DNA of 64,000 nucleotides, taken from positions 3,424,001-3,488,000 of the forward strand of contig OY762897.2 of assembly GCA_963666515.2 (NCBI GenBank), given 5' to 3'. The position numbers and the translations under genes are program-made. The notes below the pieces were generated by a model. It searched no databases and was not told the origin of the DNA. It was given only the letters and a program-made list of their open reading frames with translations. Every line of letters begins with the position of its first letter. Position 1 is the first letter of the stretch. Positions 59,182 through 64,000 of this stretch are shown here, piece after piece. The DNA comes from Candidatus Binatia bacterium. GTDB taxonomy: Bacteria; Desulfobacterota; Binatia; UBA9968; JAJDTQ01.

Positions 59182-59634
59182 TCACACTGGGCTCGTGTCA
59201 CAGATGCACAGTACAATTTGCAGAACTTCGTTCCGCAGCCTGTAGCCGGCTTGGCGTGCGACTTCACGGTTTTCTTCTTCCACTGGAGTCCCTGATTCGG
59301 TCAAGTACCATTTCAGTTCGAGCACGAGCGTATCCAGTAGCTTCTGTGGACTAGTTGAATTCACTGTAAATTGGCTGTGCAAATCAAGCAGGTGCTGAAC
59401 TTCATTGGAAAGACGGCGGAGTGCCAGTGTACAGTCCTCCAACGAGTGGGCATCGACGGCCTCGGTAGTTAGCTTGTGAATTTGCCGGGTTACCTCCTGC
59501 AAGTAGCTGAACACCAATACGTCCCTGTGATTCCTCCTTCTAATAGTGGTGTTGACCCAATATCCCACGCCGAGAATCGCGGCAGCGGTGATTGCGGGAG
59601 GGAACAACACAGTCCACCAGGGGCAATTGGTCAT
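59182..59634 (-). CDS. Hypothetical protein with single N-terminal TM helix and helical cytoplasmic domain
   Basis: Hydrophobic WWTVLFPPAITAAAILGVGYW followed by RRR; ATGA-coupled to the STAS gene. Confidence 0.75.
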   Translation of the reverse strand: MTNCPWWTVLFPPAITAAAILGVGYWVNTTIRRRNHRDVLVFSYLQEVTRQIHKLTTEAVDAHSLEDCTLALRRLSNEVQHLLDLHSQFTVNSTSPQKLLDTLVLELKWYLTESGTPVEEENREVARQAGYRLRNEVLQIVLCICDTSPV

Positions 59635-59987
59635 TTTGACTCTCCCGGTATAAATGGAGGGGTTTTTTCCTCTTCGCCATAGTGAATGTAGTGCATGATT
59701 TCGCGAATCAACATTGGTTCACTGGTGCATTTGATCTCAATCGTTTTCTGCACATGCTTAGTTCCGCGTTTTCGTACAAGACCACCAAAAGCCTCTTCCA
59801 AAAAGGAGGTCGGGTAACCGAATCTCGCTCCGTCCATATCCACCATCAGGCTTTCCCCGCGCTTCGCTGCCTGATCAAAGGCGGGGATGAGATGGTCGTC
59901 GCGGAATTCTTCGCCAGATCCTGGGCCTTGCCATCTGTACCTTGGCCCAGGCAACGAGGTCATTTTATCCATTGTGCGCAATTCCAT
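59631..59987 (-). CDS. STAS-like domain protein (DUF4325)
   Basis: GPRY...SGEEFR and VDMDG..GYPTSFLEEAFGGL motifs; start at 59987 or 59972. Confidence 0.85.
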   Translation of the reverse strand: MELRTMDKMTSLPGPRYRWQGPGSGEEFRDDHLIPAFDQAAKRGESLMVDMDGARFGYPTSFLEEAFGGLVRKRGTKHVQKTIEIKCTSEPMLIREIMHYIHYGEEEKTPPFIPGESK

Positions 59988-60972
59988 CCTTTGCCCCCTT
60001 TTTTCCAACGGCCATCCATGTGAGGACCGTGCCGCGGAGATGCTCTTTTGCTTTTCGGAAGACCATCTTGTCTATCCTACCCGTTGCCCTCCCTGTTCTG
60101 ACGCAGAGATTTTGCAAGAGACCGGCATCTGCATCACGCCGCATCCGAGGGAGCCCCAAACCGCGCCCCCTTTCACCAGTAGAGGATCCCAATGAACCCT
60201 CGAAGGCATCTTTGATGAGCCGATCTGGGCCATATCCCAAAAGGGACAACCCCTTGAACTTGAGCCATGATTGCGCCTCTGTGCTGCCGCAGATTCCCAC
60301 CCCTTCGTCAACAAAGGCAAAGTGGGCAATGCCGTTGTTACACCATACGCCGGCGATCCACGGTACCTCGTGTGTCTCCCCTTTGAGGGTGGCATGATTT
60401 CGGGTGTTGGTCATGCATTCCACTAGATTTTGCCAAATGGCTCTAGCCTGCTCTGGCTCTACTTCAATTCCTCGATTCGCGAAGTCCACCAGTTCCTCCG
60501 CAATTTCAGCGGCTACTTCGTGTTGTTGTCGTCTTCGCCAAGACCCGCGCGGACTCGGCAATCGTCCATCTTGCAATTTGAATCCGCTGAAGAAGCCCGA
60601 TTCTAGGAATTCGCTTGCGACGGTCTTATTCGCTGGCAGGTTCCCTCTCACAAGGGAACGGCTGCTCGAATGAGTAAGACTTGCAGCAAGGTAAATGGCC
60701 CCGGCCAAAGTGAACCCAGTCAATCCACTTATGTCTACAAATACCGGTCTGTCATTTTTTAAGTGTTGGCGAATCTTTTCACAATTGGCTACCGTGGCAG
60801 AATCGTCCTCAACAGGGTCTAGGTTGCCTTCGAAAACTACCGGTGTCGGCTGTTGTACAGCTACTTCAACGCGCGAACGTCGCGCAGTCGGTCGTCGACG
60901 CCGGTGCTCGAGTTTCAAACGGTGGCGTTCCAGATTCGCCGACCAGTCCCGAGTAGAGAACAGCTTCTTCAT
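59965..60972 (-). CDS. GHKL/HATPase (RsbW-like) ATP-binding protein with N-terminal STAS-like region
   Basis: N-box ECMTNTRNHA, G1 DEGVGI, G2 RGLGL and terminal GT; no HisKA H-box. Confidence 0.8.
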   Translation of the reverse strand: MKKLFSTRDWSANLERHRLKLEHRRRRPTARRSRVEVAVQQPTPVVFEGNLDPVEDDSATVANCEKIRQHLKNDRPVFVDISGLTGFTLAGAIYLAASLTHSSSRSLVRGNLPANKTVASEFLESGFFSGFKLQDGRLPSPRGSWRRRQQHEVAAEIAEELVDFANRGIEVEPEQARAIWQNLVECMTNTRNHATLKGETHEVPWIAGVWCNNGIAHFAFVDEGVGICGSTEAQSWLKFKGLSLLGYGPDRLIKDAFEGSLGSSTGERGRGLGLPRMRRDADAGLLQNLCVRTGRATGRIDKMVFRKAKEHLRGTVLTWMAVGKKGAKDGIAHNG

Positions 60973-61093
60973 TGACCAAGAGAACGGCCGCAGGGAATTA
61001 GAGGAAGGCCGGGCGCCGGCTGTCGCCGTTTCAGGTGTACAGCGGATTCCCTATTGGGAGATGCCCCCACTGTGGACAGACGACTCATTATGC

Positions 61094-64000
61094 TCAAGCG
61101 GTCATCATCTCCTTCAGATAGTCGTACTCGTCGTTGCGTTCCGGGAACAGGATATGCTCGTTCGCGAAATCCGACCGGCTTGGGTTGCCGTACCATCGCT
61201 TCCGCAGCTTCTCGTAGGGCGTCTCCGAAACGATATAGGAGTCCAGTGTCACGGTATCTGGCCCTGAGCCTTTGCGCATTGCTTCGGAAAGCAGTCGCAA
61301 TCGCTGGTATAACCGTACCTTGTCACTATGCTCTGGTGCATCCTCATGCACCATACCGTGCGGCTCCACGAAGACAATTCGCTGGGCGGCGGCCGTCTTT
61401 ATCCAGAGGATGAAATCGGGGTAGAAGCCGCTGTTCTCGAAGAACCCCACTCCCGCGCCCCTACCCTGGTTCCGCAACAGGAACACCTCCGTTTCGTGCG
61501 GGCTGGCACTCTGACGTTTATCCCAGTACTCTTTCAGGTCCTTCACGAATCTCTGCTCGCTCTCCGTCAGTCCCGGCGGGGACATCTTCAGCGGCTTGTC
61601 ACGCTTCTCCACCAGCAGCGGCTGATAGAGGTGACGGTCGAAGTAGATGCGCGGCAGGCTGTCGCGGTCATTCTCGTACAGCGCTTGGCAATCGGCGATG
61701 AGGTGTTCAATCTCTTCGATCAACTCCTGCTCCGACCTCGACACTCCCACAATGTACCTGCCCTGATCGTCGGCAACATTGAATCTGAAATTGGGATCAG
61801 TCTCATCGAGCGTCTTGTAGACCATATGGCTGGATTCCCATCCCTCGCGACTGTGCCGGTAGAGCCTTTCCGCGTACTGCTTGAGTATGCCGGTCACCAC
61901 GTTCTGCAGCCGCTCCCACTCCGCGGCACGGTCCGGGTTCGTCAGGGACTCCTCAGCGACCAACCTATAGACGGAAGGCTTGGTGGCCTCAATGATCTCC
62001 TTCAGCACGGCGGGACGCACTGCCAAATTGTCCATTCCCTTCCGCTCCTTGTACTCCATCAGGGAAAGGTACACTTTGTCCCAGTCCACCAGAGCCAGAT
62101 TGTCATGCGGTATCTCTCTCTCGACGCCGGAACTCGCGCTAATGTCCTCCATGCCCGACTCGTCGGCGTCCAGCGATTGCACTTTCACCGATACATCCAT
62201 GAACACGGGCCGCACGTTATTGACACGCTCCAGCATGATCTCCGTTTCGGTCTTGAAGTCTCGCCGGTCGTCCACCTTGGGAATGATCAGACCTTTGTCC
62301 AGGAACTCGTGGTTAGGCCGGATGAACAGCGGCAACTCCAGCAGCCCCTCGACCGGCACGCCTTCCCGTTCCAGATAATCTCTGAACTGGGCCATGTAGT
62401 TGGCGCGGACGGCGAAGATGTTCAGGGTCTCCAGGAGACCGATCTGCTCGGGGTGGTCCCCATCCAGAGCCGAGCTGCGCTTCAGCGTCATATCCTGCCC
62501 ACGCAGACGCACCCCGCGCCCGAAGAGCTGAATTATCTGTGACCCTTCGTTCTTGCCGATGTTGAGCAGGCCCATGTTGGACACGCGCCAGGAATTCCAA
62601 CCCTCGACGAATTTGCGAGAGCCGATCAGCGTCTCTATGGTCGTGCCCGGCTTCCCGATCTCGTCAAACAGCGAGCCCGACATGGCGTCCTCTTCAACTG
62701 TGATGCCGGCGTCGTCGCTCCCGACCAGATTCTTGAACTTGGCTGTATCTCCGATGTAGATCAGCCCGAAATAATCTTCCGATCCGCTCGCCTTCAACCC
62801 CAACTCGCCTTCACTCCCGCGTATGTCCGCTATGCGAAGTCCTCCTCCCGACGGAGCGTGCAACGTCCGCGCGAGTATGTCCTGATACACGGCCGGTGCG
62901 CTCGCCCCGTCTCCGTTGCGCAGGTACGGGTACTGGTCCTCGAAAACGTCATTGCCGTGCTCGTCGGTCAGCCCCGACTCGCCTTCCAGAAGCCGCGTGA
63001 TGGTCTCGGTCGCCCACGCGCCGTCCGACAGCGTACGATGCAGAAACCGCGCTACGGTAAGCATGTCGCTGCGCTCTTGTCCTCCCTCGGTTCGGACAGC
63101 GTTGACGCTGCTGCCGACGAACACCCAGAGCGGCTGCTCCAGGTTGTAGGGACGCAGCTCGGCGACCTGATGGGCAAAAACAAGCTGCTGCTCGTAGAAC
63201 GACAGCAGGTTGGCCAGCAACAGCGTGTCTGTCCGCTCCGTGGTGGTCTCCTGGCGAAGATTGAGAATGCGGAAGTCTTTGCCGTAGCCGTCCTCGTAGA
63301 AGTAGCGGTAGGAGTAGTCGAACGCGATGACCTTGCCGTACTCTGTCATCAACTCGTCGTTGCGCGCGGCCGTCAGTGCTTGACCGAAAGTCGCGCTGTA
63401 CTCGAACGTAAAACCGGTCTCACCCAGCGCGTCCCGCACCTCCCGCCATGCCTCGCCCCCGGAACCCTTGTGCCCCTCGTCGACAAAGATCAGGTTGTTG
63501 CCCTCGAAGACTTCCACCGGCACGCTCACGCCCTGGCCGCGCTTCTCGCTCACCAGCTTGGTTATCTCGGTAACCCGGACCGTATCGGCTTCCGTCCCGA
63601 ACAGCCCGCTCTCGTTCAGATCGAAACGCCGCGCGGGGACGCCGGATGCCGTGAACTCGTCCAGATGCTGCTGGCTCAACCCCTCGTTGGGAGTTATCAA
63701 CAGGATGTTGTCCAGCGGTTCCCGGTTGTAGTGGAGGTACTGCCGGTAGTTCAGGTGCATCAACAGCGTTTTGCCGCTGCCCGTCGCCATCCAGAACGCC
63801 AGCTTTTTCAGGTCGTTGGCCTCATACCGTTCCAGACTCCGGCTGCCCCTTCGGTTCGAGTTGAGCCTGGCAATGTGTTTGTTCAGGGACGCCAGAAGCG
63901 CGGCGGCGCTATGACTGTACCGATCAAGGAAGATCTCCGTGTAGAGGGCTGCCAGGTACTGGAAGTAGCGCAGCGTGACTGGCTGGGCCCGGCCCTCGTT
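61094..64000 (-). CDS. Type III restriction enzyme Res subunit (5' end beyond window)
   Basis: FWMATGSGKT, VDEGH, YSATF, QLFGRGVR and FYPDFILW..EPHG motifs; the frame stays open from 63790 to 64000 (LRYFQYLAALYTE). Confidence 0.9.
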   Translation of the reverse strand, partial: NEGRAQPVTLRYFQYLAALYTEIFLDRYSHSAAALLASLNKHIARLNSNRRGSRSLERYEANDLKKLAFWMATGSGKTLLMHLNYRQYLHYNREPLDNILLITPNEGLSQQHLDEFTASGVPARRFDLNESGLFGTEADTVRVTEITKLVSEKRGQGVSVPVEVFEGNNLIFVDEGHKGSGGEAWREVRDALGETGFTFEYSATFGQALTAARNDELMTEYGKVIAFDYSYRYFYEDGYGKDFRILNLRQETTTERTDTLLLANLLSFYEQQLVFAHQVAELRPYNLEQPLWVFVGSSVNAVRTEGGQERSDMLTVARFLHRTLSDGAWATETITRLLEGESGLTDEHGNDVFEDQYPYLRNGDGASAPAVYQDILARTLHAPSGGGLRIADIRGSEGELGLKASGSEDYFGLIYIGDTAKFKNLVGSDDAGITVEEDAMSGSLFDEIGKPGTTIETLIGSRKFVEGWNSWRVSNMGLLNIGKNEGSQIIQLFGRGVRLRGQDMTLKRSSALDGDHPEQIGLLETLNIFAVRANYMAQFRDYLEREGVPVEGLLELPLFIRPNHEFLDKGLIIPKVDDRRDFKTETEIMLERVNNVRPVFMDVSVKVQSLDADESGMEDISASSGVEREIPHDNLALVDWDKVYLSLMEYKERKGMDNLAVRPAVLKEIIEATKPSVYRLVAEESLTNPDRAAEWERLQNVVTGILKQYAERLYRHSREGWESSHMVYKTLDETDPNFRFNVADDQGRYIVGVSRSEQELIEEIEHLIADCQALYENDRDSLPRIYFDRHLYQPLLVEKRDKPLKMSPPGLTESEQRFVKDLKEYWDKRQSASPHETEVFLLRNQGRGAGVGFFENSGFYPDFILWIKTAAAQRIVFVEPHGMVHEDAPEHSDKVRLYQRLRLLSEAMRKGSGPDTVTLDSYIVSETPYEKLRKRWYGNPSRSDFANEHILFPERNDEYDYLKEMMTA

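Noticed and set aside
1-64000. CRISPR array, rRNA, intact tRNA, integron attC array, prophage structural genes
   Set aside because: No regularly spaced repeats or hallmark sequences were seen by eye; the only tRNA-like element is degenerate.

Overview
GC-rich bacterial window from a diderm organism (BamD, TolC and LolA-like genes are present). The gene content suggests a Binatota/deltaproteobacterial, possibly host-associated, lineage; this is inference only. Metabolic blocks are: an acyl-CoA/SDR cluster, hydantoinase A/B split by a one-polypeptide hybrid kinase-regulator, a K+ channel, an amidase, modABC, an MFS with a Rieske dioxygenase, cupin-eutA-like, and an orphan xanthine-dehydrogenase-family subunit. 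Four accessory zones interrupt them. (1) 14.7-21.5 kb is a decaying island with an ImmA/IrrE-like gene pair, an intact IS256 with a 9-bp target duplication, integrase/IS3/PhyH remnants and a pseudo-tRNA. (2) 33-40.5 kb holds two restriction-modification cassettes, one bounded by a 45-bp direct repeat that appears to duplicate the hpnC promoter, plus a vapBC scar fused to a pyrimidine-dimer glycosylase. (3) 40.5-52.2 kb is an isoprenoid island: hpnCDE-ispH converge on dxs (His49->Asn variant), an Lcp/MpaB-like oxygenase, an MMPL, a LolA-like protein and an outer-membrane barrel, with no cyclase in the window. (4) 58.2-64 kb is a defence island with a type III Res gene, a HATPase-STAS(DUF4325)-membrane protein triad and an orphan AbiEi with its operator. 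The best candidates for undescribed systems are the kinase-STAS-membrane triad and the squalene synthesis/oxidation/export island. All family calls come from motif recognition by eye; no searches were run.
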